DNA of 64,000 nucleotides from Rebecca billardiae RCC1528 (Eukaryota; Protista; Haptophyta), in assembly GCA_965240325.2 (NCBI GenBank), contig OZ251225.1, forward strand, positions 744,001 through 808,000. Reading direction: 5' to 3'. The notes beneath the pieces were generated by a model. It was not told where the DNA came from, ran no database searches, and worked only from the letters and a program-made list of their open reading frames with translations. Within the stretch, counting starts at the first letter, position 1, and every line of letters starts with the position of its first letter. The translations under genes were made by a program, and so were the position numbers. Positions 1-11,830 of the stretch are shown here, in pieces.

Positions 1-656
1 CGGAGGAAGTTCTTGGCGCCTGTGGGATGCTCTCGAAGTGCGTTTGCCCGCGCGAGCACGCGAGGGGTGCATTCCTCTCGCTAGCCTCGCGCCGGCGCGC
101 GTGCGTGCGCTCGTTCGGAACAGCATGTTGAACCCCGCGATCACGACCGCGTGAAGCCCGCGCACGTGACATTGTGCCGGATGACAGGGCGCCTGGGGCC
201 GGGCAAGTATACTACGGATGCATACGTTGGGATGACATCGTATGCCACCCTCGCTAGTGCACCGAATGCCCCTGATGTGCTGTCCCGCGTGCATCACGAC
301 CGTCCGCCGTGCCGTCGTCGAGAGTGACCCACCCAACTTCAGACTGCAATATTAGGTCCCAGGGTGATGCTCAGGTCCCTGAAGGTGTTGGGCCTGTATC
401 ATGGTGTCAGGGAGACCCAGAATGACTTATTCGCCGGATGCCCATCATGCCGCTGAGACCTAATATACCCGTGTAACGGTCGGGGCTCTAGGTTTTCTTG
501 CACCATCAATAGCCCAGGTTTGCTCGCCGGAGCAGGACGGGAAGAAAATCCGGTTCCACCCTGCCGAGCTGGCGAGTGCAGCAAGCTTCGCAGCACCCGG
601 CTGTGATTGGGTCGCGAGGGGAAGCGGTGGCAGGCGACGTCGAGGCCGCTGCGCCC

Positions 657-2111
657 ATGACGTCGCTCGGGGCGGCTCAGAGCTCGACGTCCGGCGGTCG
701 GAAGCGCGCAAAGGTCGAGGTGACGAGCAGCAAGCCCGCGCTCGAGTGCAAGCTCCGTCTCGACCTGCAGGCGCTGTACGAGGACGGGCTGCTGTCGGAC
801 GTGCACCTGCATGTGCGCGGTGACGGGGCGCAGGCGGCCAAGACGTTCTCGTGCCACCGCGCGATCCTGGCGGCCGCTTCGACGTACTTCAAGGCCATCT
901 TCACGTCCAACTGCAAGGAGAACGGCAAGAGCGAGGTGACGCTCAACGATGTTGATCCTCACGTGTTTGAGGACATCATTCGGCTGTGCTATGGCGGGCC
1001 CGTGACGTTGGACAGGGCCAACGTCGTCGGGCTGATGCAGGCGGCGGAGTTTTACGGCGTGTCCGAGCTGCGCGAGTCGTGCACCGCCTTCTTCCAGCAG
1101 GGTCTCTCCGCCGAGGTCTACTACGAGCTGCTCGACCTGGGCATGACGATCCGGTGCGAGCGTGCACAGCAGCTGTGCATCCGCGCGCTCGCCAAGGACT
1201 TTGCGACGGCGATCTCGCATCCGGCGTTCCTCACCGTGTCGGTGGACAGCTTACGCGGCATGCTCCAGGACGACGCGCTCAGCGTGCCGAGCGAAGAAGC
1301 CGTCCTGCAGGCCCTTGTGACGTGGCTCGAGCACAACAAGTCGGGCATGCTCGAGCGCGAGATCCCAGCGAGGGAGATTGACGAGCTGCTGCTACTCGTG
1401 CGCTGGCCGTGGCTGCCGACGTCGGTGCTGTGCGCCGTGCAAGAGCGGTACCCGTGCCTGTCGTCATGCGCGATGCTCGACCGACTGCTGCTGCAAGCCT
1501 TTCGTTTTCACGCCTCGAGCGCCGAGCAGCGGAGCGCGCTCGGGTGCGAGAGCGTGCAGTTTCAGCCGCGCCCCGGCATGCTGCGCCTGAGCGAGCTGCT
1601 GCCCGACGGGCTGATGACCGACATGACCTTCGTCTGGAACGTGCCCAACTTCGCCTCGATCGAGCAGGAGAGCCTGTACTCCCCGCACGTCTGCGTCAAC
1701 GGCAACCGCTGGTCCATCTACATGTGGCCGCGCCGCCGATGCAGCTCGCAGACGGGCAAGGAGCAGGACTGGGTCTCCATCTACCTCAACTCGGTGGACG
1801 TGAAGAACGGTGACGTCGAGCAGCTGCCGACGTACGCGTTCGAGCTCACGGTGAAGAACTACCTGGACGCTGGGCGGTCGATCACGCGCGAGTACGAGCA
1901 CGCCTTCGACTCACAGGCGGTCGACTGGGGCCTCAGCCGCTTCGTCTCATACGCACAGGTGTGCGACCCGTTCCAGGGGTTCCTCAACGGCGGCACGCTC
2001 ACCATCATCTGCGCGATCCACCAGATGACAGATGAGGATGAGGTGCGTGGCCAGCGCGTGCCCGTGCGCTGCTTCGCGTGCGCTCGGCTGCCCATGTGTA
2101 CCTCCAACTAA
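657..2111 (+). CDS. BTB/POZ-BACK-MATH domain protein (Cullin-3 adaptor-like)
   Basis: BTB: LYEDGLLSDV..FSCHRAILAAASTYFKAIF. BACK: LSVPSEEAVLQALVTWLEH..LLVRWPWL. MATH: FVWNVPNF..LYSP..NGNRWSIYMWP..VSIYL..DWGLSRFV..GFL. First ATG at 657. A possible donor GAG|GTGCGT near 2043 makes the 3' end uncertain. Confidence 0.9.
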   Translation: MTSLGAAQSSTSGGRKRAKVEVTSSKPALECKLRLDLQALYEDGLLSDVHLHVRGDGAQAAKTFSCHRAILAAASTYFKAIFTSNCKENGKSEVTLNDVDPHVFEDIIRLCYGGPVTLDRANVVGLMQAAEFYGVSELRESCTAFFQQGLSAEVYYELLDLGMTIRCERAQQLCIRALAKDFATAISHPAFLTVSVDSLRGMLQDDALSVPSEEAVLQALVTWLEHNKSGMLEREIPAREIDELLLLVRWPWLPTSVLCAVQERYPCLSSCAMLDRLLLQAFRFHASSAEQRSALGCESVQFQPRPGMLRLSELLPDGLMTDMTFVWNVPNFASIEQESLYSPHVCVNGNRWSIYMWPRRRCSSQTGKEQDWVSIYLNSVDVKNGDVEQLPTYAFELTVKNYLDAGRSITREYEHAFDSQAVDWGLSRFVSYAQVCDPFQGFLNGGTLTIICAIHQMTDEDEVRGQRVPVRCFACARLPMCTSN

Positions 2112-2454
2112 CCGACCGTGGCCCTGCGGTATCGATCGCGCGCTCGCCTCCCCGGCACCTCGGGCGGCATGCAGGATGCGCAACCAAATGACGAGACTGT
2201 TGCGGGGGGCTGACTGGCTGACCCAAGTTGGCCTTCGGACGTAGTAGTCCTAGCGTATAGACTGTGATATAGGTCTAGTCTGACGGACGCTGCGCCAATG
2301 TGTGTTTTTCAAAGTCCGACTCTACCACGACGGTACTGCGGGTCCGATATTACCATACAGACAGTACCGGACGCACGGTCCGGACCAGACCAACAACGAC
2401 CAAAATAATGACCAACGGCGAGCACCTCCTCACGCAGCACGATGGCGGCGTAAT

Positions 2455-3783
2455 ATGGTGCTGGTGGTGCTGGCGCTGCTGGCATTCCCAGGAACGGTCG
2501 GTCTGGGCGAGCACACGCGCTTTGCGCATACGGACGAGCCCGGCGCCGACAAGATTGTCGAGAAAGCCAAGAGCGAAATGGCTGATCTCGTCCCGCCCGG
2601 TGCATCCCCCAACAAGTGCACCGCCGTCTTCCACTGGCACGTCGAGAAGTGCGCGGGTGTGACGCTGCGCCGCCACTTCATCCGGGTGCATGGGAGCGAG
2701 CGTCTCGAGCACTTCACACAGGGTGCCATCATATTCCATCGACGGAATCCGTCGCGCCCGCTTGTGCCGCACAACGCATGCTACCCGACCAAGGGCTGGT
2801 TCAGCGAGGCACTCCATTGCACGTGGGAGCAGCTCATCGCTGACCTGCTCAGAACGCCGCCCGTGCACAGGCGCGTTTTGGTCGAGATCGGGGCGATGTC
2901 ATCTGGCACTGAGAACTCAATCTTCCGTATCGCGGAGGACATCACGCGCGTGCGCAAGGCGTGGGAGGCGCGCGGCTGCTCGGTGCTGATGACGACGCTG
3001 CTGCGCGAGCCGTTCTCTCACTTCCTCTCGATCTACAACTACTTCATCCGGTGGAAGCAGGCGCGCGACCCTGAGTCGTACGGGCGCACATTCGAGGACT
3101 ACATCAGCTCAGACGCGGTGCACAACTTCCAGACACGGCTGCTGCTGTCGCAGGGCGTGCTCAAGATCATGCCCATGCGCGAACGGCCCGTGCGCTCATC
3201 CCGCGCAGGCGGCGTGTATGGCACGACTGAGGCGAACCTCGAGCTGCTTGCGCCAAGGCTGGGCACGCTGCTCGCCCGCTTCGACCTCGCCGCGCCGCTC
3301 GAGCGCTTCGACGAGTTTTTCTACGCCCTCTCAGAGCGCATGGGCCTCACGTCGATCCTGTACAGGAAGGCGAACGCGAACACGGTGGTGATGGCTGTGC
3401 GCAGACGCAGGCACGAGATCTACGACAAGCTGGTGAAGACGCAGGGCGTCGAGGCGGCTCTCCGGGCGCTCGGTCGGAAGCATCCGCCGGGCAAGATGCC
3501 AAACGGCTCAGCCATCACGGTGGACTCGCTCTCGCCAGATCTCATCGCGCGTGTGCATGCCAAGCTGCGTGTGGACGAGCAGCTGTACCGACATGTGAGC
3601 GCGCAGTGGGATGCGCACGTGCGCGCTCTGCCCGCAGCCGTGCAGGCGCGCATGCGGCGATACGTCGCACTCTCGACGAAGCTCAGGGCCGATGAGGACA
3701 AGCAGCGCAGTGTGGCGATCCATATGGAGCGCATAGCGGCATCGTCACTGAGGTCCGGTAAGCTACTCCGCCGGTCACAATGA
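2455..3783 (+). CDS. Golgi-type sulfotransferase (Gal-3-O/Sulfotransfer_2-like)
   Basis: Signal/anchor MVLVVLALLA. 5'-PAPS-loop-like FHWHVEKCAGVTLR. 3'-PB-like TTLLREPFSHFLSIYNY. Also LERFDE and DEQLY motifs. Confidence 0.8.
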   Translation: MVLVVLALLAFPGTVGLGEHTRFAHTDEPGADKIVEKAKSEMADLVPPGASPNKCTAVFHWHVEKCAGVTLRRHFIRVHGSERLEHFTQGAIIFHRRNPSRPLVPHNACYPTKGWFSEALHCTWEQLIADLLRTPPVHRRVLVEIGAMSSGTENSIFRIAEDITRVRKAWEARGCSVLMTTLLREPFSHFLSIYNYFIRWKQARDPESYGRTFEDYISSDAVHNFQTRLLLSQGVLKIMPMRERPVRSSRAGGVYGTTEANLELLAPRLGTLLARFDLAAPLERFDEFFYALSERMGLTSILYRKANANTVVMAVRRRRHEIYDKLVKTQGVEAALRALGRKHPPGKMPNGSAITVDSLSPDLIARVHAKLRVDEQLYRHVSAQWDAHVRALPAAVQARMRRYVALSTKLRADEDKQRSVAIHMERIAASSLRSGKLLRRSQ

Positions 3784-5225
3784 CACCGCGTTTGCGCGCC
3801 GCATCAGCCATCACCTTATTGATAATCATAATAATAATATCGTATATAGCGCGTCATCATTGACGATTATTAATGGCTGCTGCTTGCCGTCCCACTAACT
3901 ACTCATCAGCAGTAACAATAGCAGCTACGTACGACTCAGATCGACAGTAACTAACAGACAGGTTGCACGGAGAAATGACCGCCCGCGACTGACAGATGTT
4001 ACATTCCCAGTGGACGCGACCTGTCCACCCGTCTTTCGGTACATCGCGCCCGTCCCATGGCGGCCGGCGCGTGGCGCGAGTGCTTGGAAACCACGGAGCA
4101 CACGAATGCCGGTGGTTTCCGACCTTCGCCGCCACGGCCCGCCTCCCCGTTCGCCCGCAATCGGTACCGCAGTCTGGTGCCCAGTTCCTCTCACTCCCGC
4201 GTCGGCAGTGGCGCGAAGCCGAAGCGCATCGCGGGAAGAAGCACAACTGGGACCTGGATACAGGTGGTAGATAGAGCCTTCAAGGAGGCTGCTCTCGCGC
4301 ACGAGCAGGATGCGCCGGTTGCGGTATGCGCGTGCACCTTTGCACGAACGTGTGCTGGTCTCCTGCTGCACTGCTCATACCGTACGCACGAGCGCGCAAC
4401 CGTGCGCACGCGCTCAGGTGGCTTGGACCACACGCGCGAGTGCTTGTGGAGCTCGCCTCACGAGGCCTTCGTAGAAGAAGGCGGGCAACCGTAGTGCGCT
4501 AAAGAAGCAGAAGGAGATGCTCGCCAAACGCGTGCAGCGCGCGAGGGCGAAGCTTGCTACGGCGCGCGCGGCCTCTGCTGTTGCAGCTCGGGCCGCTGCT
4601 CCGGCCGTGCAGGCGTCTGGCGCGGGGTCCTCGGACAAGCAGGCGAACTCTGGGCAGTCTGCCTTTGCCGCCGGCAAGAAGTATCGGAAACGCACACATT
4701 TGGTCGTGCGCGTGGCGCGCTCGCGCGCCGTGACGCAGCAAGCAGGCGATCCTTGACAAGCGCCTCGCTGACGCTCAGCAGGCCGAGGCGACGGCGCGGC
4801 GCTCGACCACGCCGACAGGCACGCCCTGAGCGAGGGGGAAGGCACTTTTCGAGACAGCACTCAGGCGCTCGACGTTGAGTATGTCATGGCCCGCGGTGCA
4901 GGGCGGAGCGCGCAGCGTGGAGCCCGCACCAGCGGGCCCGAACCACGTTTCAAAAAGATCTTTGATCAAGAAAAAGGGACGCGGGGGCCGATTTTTAGGG
5001 CTGGCGGAGACCGAGTTTCGAATTTTGAGACCCTCTCTACAGATGCATCACGGAGAAAAAAACCGCGCCCACGACATTCCCCTAATCAATCGTGGACGGC
5101 CGGGCGTGAGAGTTCACTTCTGTGTGAAGTAGGACGGTTACAAGTCCAATACAAGCGTCAGCTTCTTTGAGGCTATTTTTGCACGTCCTTACGGGATCAG
5201 CGAAGTAACCAACCGCTATATATTG

Positions 5226-5370
5226 GCTTCGTCGGGGTCGTATTCACTACTGGAGAACATTTGCACCGCGCTTCGTATTCATATGTATGGTTCACGCAGG
5301 CATAAAATCGCTTCGTCGGGGTCGTATCCACTATACTGGAGAACACCATTTGCACCGCTTCGTTTTCATA
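5226..5370. repeat. Imperfect ~60-bp direct repeat (2 copies)
   Basis: GCTTCGTCGGGGTCGTAT(T/C)CACTA..CTGGAGAACA..TTTGCACCGC at ~5226 and ~5310. Confidence 0.75.
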
Positions 5371-5584
5371 CATTGTAATGTATATGGTTCATCGTGGACT
5401 GCTACGGGGTCGAGCAGAATATCATCGATATTCATCAGGCGCACGTGTGCGTATTCATCATCAGCCTTCGGGAATTGGGAGTAGCTATTGGCCTTTTGCC
5501 CTCTGGCGAGCCAGTTATCCGCACTTGATTGAGCAGGCCTTGAGCAGGCTCGAGCGGCCACTTTGTTGCGCTCACGTGGACATT

Positions 5585-7200
5585 ATGATGCCGAGCACGT
5601 CAGCTGGCGACGCCGACGAGGACCGCGCTCGCCGCGTATTGAACGTGCTGCTCGAATCCGGGGCAGTGAAGAAGGTGGCTAAGAGCACGCTCCAGAGCAT
5701 CGCTGCTGCCATCTCAGTCGTGAGGCACAAGCAGGACGTGCCCTCTGCGGCGGTGAAGTACAACGTGCCCAAATGGTCGATCTACAAACAACTTCGTTCG
5801 CAAGGTCCGCACCGTGCTGGAGGACGAAGGCGCAATCGGCAGGGGGAGCGCGACGCGACTGATCACCGACTTCACCACGCGCCCCGCAGGCCAGCTCCCT
5901 CCCTCCTCCTCACCCGGCCCAACAGCTGGCAGCCGCTTTGCGGCACTCGCCGCGCTCGACGGGGAAATGCCCGCTGCAGAGAAAGCACAGCCGCAGCGGG
6001 GGCGCCCGGCCGGCTCGCTCAGCCTGCTGGGCACGCTCAACCTAGGCGTCACGTGCTACCTCGGCTCGCTGCTGGTGGCGCTGCTCGCGTGCCCTTCCAT
6101 CGTCTCGCTCGCCACATCTGCCGCGGCTGAGCAGTCCACCAACCCCATCGTGTCCCGAGCATGCGCTCGACGCTGGCGCTCGCGCATGTCAACTGCGAGT
6201 GGCCCAGCGAGGTGGGGCCGACGCGTAGCTTGCTCGAGCCGCTCCACGACGCGATCGCGGAGGTCTGTCGGTGGACAACGGCGTTTGGGCAGCAGCAGCA
6301 GGACGCGTGCGAGGTGCTGTACAAAATCATGGAGGCCCTGGCTGGCTGCGACGAGGCGTGCTCATACCTTGGCTTGCTCGAGTGCCTCGGTCAGCTGGCG
6401 AGCGAGCAGCCCTCGCAGCAGCAGCGCGTGCCGACGCCGACGATCTCGCAGCAGCAGCGCGTGCCGACGATCTCAGTCGGCCATGACTTCGACTGTACAC
6501 AATCGGCGCCTCGCCGGCGGCTGCGATGGGCCCGCCCGGCCGCGCGGCGGGCGGCGGCGCGGCGGGCGGCGGCGCGCCGCTGAAGTCTACTCGCTGCCGG
6601 GCTCGCGGCCGGGCGGGCCCACTCTCGATCGCGACGGAGGGTGCGACGGAGGGTGCACCGCCACCGCGGGCCCCGAACTACGTTCGTTCTACGGAAAAGG
6701 ACCGCGGAACGCGGTCATTGATCGTGCGCGTGTGTGATCACGGCAGCAAGACTAAGTCGCGCGAGGTGGAGTAGGTAGTAGCGCGCCTCTTCGCCGCATC
6801 ATCCGCAGCTGACTGGCGTGCGCCAGCTCGCTCACGTCGCGCGCGGCAGCGGTCGGCTTCCACCATGTTCGCACAGCGCGGCGCCGGCTGCACCGCCCGT
6901 TCCGCTGGACGCCGGCTCGCTCTTCGTTGACGACTTCTTCTTCAACCCGGTCGCGCGGGCGCGGTGATGGTACACTCCGGCAGGCAGATGCGGCGCACTG
7001 TCTGATGCTCTATGCGTGCGTGTGCCTTTCCACGACGTCGACTCAGGCTGCTACGCGTGGCATCCAGCTCGACGCGGAGGTCGCCAGGGCTCGCCCAAGG
7101 TCGAGTCTGCCTTGCGTGTGCTAAGTCGCCGAGGTGCGGCCGCAGGGTGCTCGCTGGCTGACTCCTGACGATGACGAGGAGTTGCGCGCCGTCACAACCT
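5585..7200 (+). pseudogene. Frameshifted psq-type HTH + USP (peptidase C19) gene
   Basis: AAISVVRHKQDVPSAAVKYNVPKWSIYKQL (psq HTH-like). GTLNLGVTCYLGSLLVAL (USP Cys box). FGQQQQDACEVL (QQDA box). Possible His-box remnant LYACVC..VAEVRPQGARWLTPDDD. The pieces lie in different frames. Confidence 0.7.
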
Positions 7201-7535
7201 CTCGCACGTATCGTGCCGACCGAGTCGAGTGGATGACGCTCGCGGCGGCTGCTCTTCAAATGACGCGGTCGGGCCCTTGGCGAGCTTGGGAGGAGGGCTC
7301 GGTCTGCTACATGTGCGTCAGTAGTCACGGCCTAAACCGTGCGCAAGACTCATTGAGTCGTACATGGCGCGGCAGCACGGCCGCACCCGCGGGGAACCGT
7401 GGGCGGGCAGCCATGCTCCAAAGGGCCGAAATGTAACACCAAGGTCAGTTTCCCGTGCAACCTGTCAACAGGTCTACACAATAAGCTACCCTATGGCCTA
7501 TCGATCTAGCTATGTGAATATCTATAATATAGATT

Positions 7536-7786
7536 CTATATCTATCTCTATCTCTATCTCTATCTCTATCTCTATCTCTATCTCTATCTCTATCTCTATC
7601 TCTATCTCTATCTCTATCTCTATCTCTATCTCTATCTCTATCTCTATCTCTATCTCTATCTCTATCTCTATCTCTATCTCTATCTGTATCTCTATCTATA
7701 TCTATATCTATATCTGTATCTGTATCTCTATCTCTATCTCTATCTCTATCTCTATCTCTATCTCTATCTCTATCTCTATCTCTATC

Positions 7787-7825
<39 letters not shown>

Positions 7826-8026
7826 ATCTCTATCTATATCTATATCTATATCTATATCTATATCTATATCTATATCTATATCTATATCTATATCTATATC
7901 TATATCTATATCTATATCTATATCTATATCTATATCTATATCTATATCTATATCTATATCTATATCTATATCTATATCTATATCTATATCTATATCTATA
8001 TCTATATCTATATCTATATATATATA
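7536..8026. repeat. Compound microsatellite (TATCTC)n/(TC)n/(TATATC)n
   Basis: Directly visible hexamer arrays. Confidence 0.98.
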
Positions 8027-8291
8027 GTGCGCTAACCGCCACCGAAAGTTGACGACGAATAATTCGGGCAGAATCGGCGGCCGATTCCGCGATGCCATCA
8101 GGGACGTTTTCGCGGAGGCCGGCCGCCATCGCTGGCGCAGCCATCCGCCGGCGCGGACACGCGCGCGCAGCGACGCCAGCCGCATGGCGTGCGCCAAGAC
8201 GGGGGGCGGCTGAGTTCTGCATTACGGCAGCATTATTACCTACGCGCTCGTTCGGGCTCGCGGGTCATGCCTCCTGGCATCGTTGTCAAAA

Positions 8292-10155
8292 TTACATTTG
8301 CATGACATGATGATGACTAGCTATAATGACCTGATTAAATATGTAAGGATATGACCGCGTTCCGCGGTCCTTCCGTAGAACCAACGCAGTTAGGGGCCCG
8401 CGGTGCACCCTCCGTCGGCTGCTCGGCTGCTCAATGTCGTATGAAGATTTATAATGGGCCAGGCCCAGTGGCAGTGGCAGTCTGCGAGACGCGTCGCAAG
8501 TTGGCAGTCCAGCTTGCCCGCCGCGACCCGCGTGCGCCGCGGCCGCGATCTCGTCGCCGTCCATGTCCTCGAACAGCTTGGCGGCGTTGGCGATGCGTCG
8601 GGACTTGGCGCGCTCGTCCGATTTGTTCATCGCACCCGCCGCCGCGGCGCCGCCCTCGTCCCGCTGCTTGCGCTTGCCGAGGCGGTTGGAGTTGCCGCGC
8701 ATCGACCGCGAGCGCGCCGCGTGCGCGCATGCGCCGCCGCCCCGGTGCGCTCCGCTGCCAGCGCCTTGCGTACCTTACGGCGCCGAAAACGGATCCGGCG
8801 CTCAGCGTTGCGCAGCGCGCGTGTGTCCTGGTCGCACGCCTCGCACACGAGCAGCAGCGCCAGCGCCATCTGCGCGTCCTCGTCGACCTCGGCCGAGTGC
8901 AGCGTCACGGGCGCGCCGCCCGCGCGTGCCGCCATCTCCTCGCGCTGCAGCTGCTCTGCGATGGCGCGGTCGCTGCGCAGCTGCTCGGCCAGGGGGTCGG
9001 GCGCGGCGGAGCGCTGCTCGCGCAGGCGGAGCGCGGCGGCGGACGTACTCCTCCAGCGCGGCCTACTCGTCGTTCAGCGGCGCGCCGGGCCGGCAGCGCG
9101 CCCGTGATCGCCGACCGTCCGACCGAGAGCCGCGCGCGGCCATGTGTGCGCGCAGCTCCGCCGTCTCCTCCTACGAGAGCATGCCTGCGCGGCGGCGGCG
9201 GCGGCGCGGCCGGGGTAGCGCATGCGCGAGGTGCGTCAACGGTCAGCGCCGTACGGCTGGTCGGCGCGCCACGTGCCCGTCGCGCGCGCACGCGCGCGCG
9301 CGCGCCGCGCACAGAGCTGAGAGCAGCGACGCCGGTAGCTGCAGGTTGTGAGGGGCCGCCACGCTCATCGTCGCGACGCGGAAGACGATCTTGAGCACGT
9401 GGGAGAACGGGCCCGACGCGTCCTTGCGCTGCACGAAGATCAGCTTCATCGGTGGCACCACCGCCGCCATCAGCTGGCCCCTCACGTGCACCAGCTTGGC
9501 CAGGCGCGGCGAGCGACCACCTCCAGCGGCCAGGCGGAGTTGACCGGCCTTGGCGACAGGGTCCACGCGCCACACCGTCTTGGTGCGCGAGTCCCACGCG
9601 CCCGGAAGCGACGCCTGCGTGGTCTGCGCGTCGGGCAGGTCGAGAAGATGCGCCTCACCATGATCAGGCTCAGCGCCTCGATCACCACCTGCTTCGCCGT
9701 GTCGATCATCTTGGCACGCCTTGCTCGCACACGGTCGCGTGTCTCATGCCCACCACCTTGGTTAGCACGTGGCAGCGGCGGTCCTGGATGCGCTGATGCA
9801 CCTGGCCCGAGAGCAGCGGGTTGTTGCAGCTCGGGCAGAACGCCCGCACCGCCATCTGCGGCGCCAGCACCTGCTCCTTCGCGTCGCGCAGTGTCGAAGT
9901 CGTCACGCGGCCTGCGGTCCGCGCGTGCACGCGGTAGAGTTTCGCCCGGTGTCGTTTCAGAACGGCCCGATGTCGTGCGTCCCCAAGCGCATCAACGCGT
10001 TCCGCATGCCGAGCCGGTTCGCGTGCGCGTCCGCGCGCGCCCGCGCCGCGTCGCCGGCGTTTGACTGCGGGTCGAGAGTCCGGATCACTGTTGTCTGGTG
10101 CTGGGCGGAGTCCGGCCCCGGGCATACACAATGGCGCAGATTCGTTTACTGACAA
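8292..10155 (-). pseudogene. Fragmented gene of unknown function with CxxC motifs and a MIU-like ubiquitin-binding motif
   Basis: Several short minus-strand ORF pieces with stops and frameshifts: FCPSC, CEAC, LAEQLRSDRAIAEQLQREE. Confidence 0.5.
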
Positions 10156-11788
10156 TGTGACGGCCGTCCAACGACATACGCGGAATGACCCGGGCGCGGC
10201 CTTTTAAGCTTGGGATGGACAGCATTGTACCGTACCCCTCAAAAAATCGAAAACTCACCCTCCAACAACCCTAAAAATCGTCCCCCGTCCCCTTTTCTTT
10301 GATCAAAAGATCTTTTTGACAACGTAGTGAGGGCCCCCGGTGGGGCTCCACGCTACGCGCTCCGCCCTGCACCGCGGGCCATAATCACTTATGTCGTTAT
10401 GATAATGCGCGCCCTGCTTTGGCACTCCGACGCAACTTTGGCGCGGTCAGGCTTCTGACTCTGGCGCCGGACCGTATGGCGGTATAGTAGCTTAGGCGGC
10501 GGTATACTAAAGTCTGTAATAATTATATATATATATATATATATATATCTAGATATATCTATATATATCATGATCGGCTACGCCGATCTTCGGGTAGTAA
10601 ACAACGAAGTTGAGGGCGCACGGCCCTAGCTAGTTCCGCGCGTGGCTGCGTGCGCCAGCTGCGCGCACCCGCTGCGCCCGCGTTGAGCCCGTGCGAGCGC
10701 CGCGCCTCGAGCCTCACACGCAGCGGGCGCGGCTGGCGACACCGAGCCGCATGGCAGTGTCGCTCGTGCGCCTCGGCCCGTGATCAGTCTCAGCTCTGAG
10801 GCGCGCGCTCAGGAGGGCTGCGGCCGGGCCGAGCGCGATCTGCGCAGACGGTACAGCCCCGAGCCCGTGGCGGCTCATGGCAGCCCGAGCCCAATTCCCG
10901 CAAAGCCCGGCGCCTCCGCCATCCGCGTCACAGTCGGGGCGCTCCAGGCTCCACGGCCTCTTACTTACGCGTGCTGCGCTGGCAGCCGTGCTCGGCCGAA
11001 CGACGCCCGCCGAGCCCGCCGAGCACGCGGCTGATGAGCAGTGGTAGCCAGGCGAAGCCGTCGTCGCGGGCGAAGCTGCGCTGGGTGATGCGGCTTGACG
11101 GCCCACAGGCGGCTCACCCGGCTCGTCAGCCGTCTGACGTGTAGCGCGTCGACAAATGGCTGCTGACGGCGTAAAATCGGCCTGAGCGGCGGATGAAACG
11201 GCTGAAAGGCGAGACCACGACGCCACCCAACTGGCGCACGCGCGTGCGGCCGGCGGTGCGGCGCAGCTCGGTCACTGCCACCGCTCCCGCGGGCTGCTCA
11301 GCACGCCGAGCGCTGTGTTGGCAGCTGCAAGCTGATCGTGCGCTCGCCGCTCCCAGACGAGATCGGTCGAGATCGTGGGAGCAGACGAGCGGACCATCGC
11401 GCAGCAAGATGCAGCGAGCACGCAGACACTCGCGCTGCCCTCTCCTCGTGCGCCTGCGCCAGCCACAGTCTCGAACACCAGCAGAACGGAGCTTGCACCG
11501 AAAACGCTGCGCGACGCGGGCGCGCAGGCGCGCGTGGACGCGGGTCGGCAGGGCGGGGCGCGCGGGGTGAGCGAGGCACGAATGCGATGCCGACGGCCGT
11601 TGGGACCCGCCGCAGCTGCGCGCACCTGCGCTGAGTCTGTCGGATTGAACGATCGTGCGGCAGCGGCCTGCGTGGGCGGTGGACACCCTCCGAGCTGCCT
11701 CGGTTCAGCACTCTCAACTCCTCCGGCCTGCCACTGCCTGCCCGCGCGACCGGTACTCATCATCAAGGGAGATATTATGATACTGCAA

Positions 11789-11830
11789 TCTCGCCTGCCT
11801 GAGCTGTGTGCGTCTCTTATTCTTAGTAAA
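11789..11830 (+). repeat. Dispersed repeat motif shared with 51793-52034
   Basis: TCTCGCCTGCCTGAGCTGTGTGCGTCTCTTATTCTTA is the reverse complement of sequence at ~51936-51972 and, in part, ~51793-51823. Confidence 0.85.

Larger units (their letters stand above)
4888..10380. mobile_element. TIR DNA transposon, non-autonomous/decayed, superfamily unresolved
   Basis: Imperfect ~143-bp inverted repeats at 4888-5030 (GGCCCGCGGTGCAGGGCGGAGCGCG..CAAAAAGATCTTTGATCAA..GATTTTTAGGG) and 10238-10380. Flanked by AT on both sides. Decayed ORFs inside. Confidence 0.8.

Noticed and set aside
3990-4880. Coding-like fragments left of the TIR element
   Set aside because: Broken frames with no recognisable domain; possibly TE debris, but cannot be supported.
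7364-8222. ORFs with IS/IY/DR/YR dipeptide runs
   Set aside because: Translations of the microsatellite.
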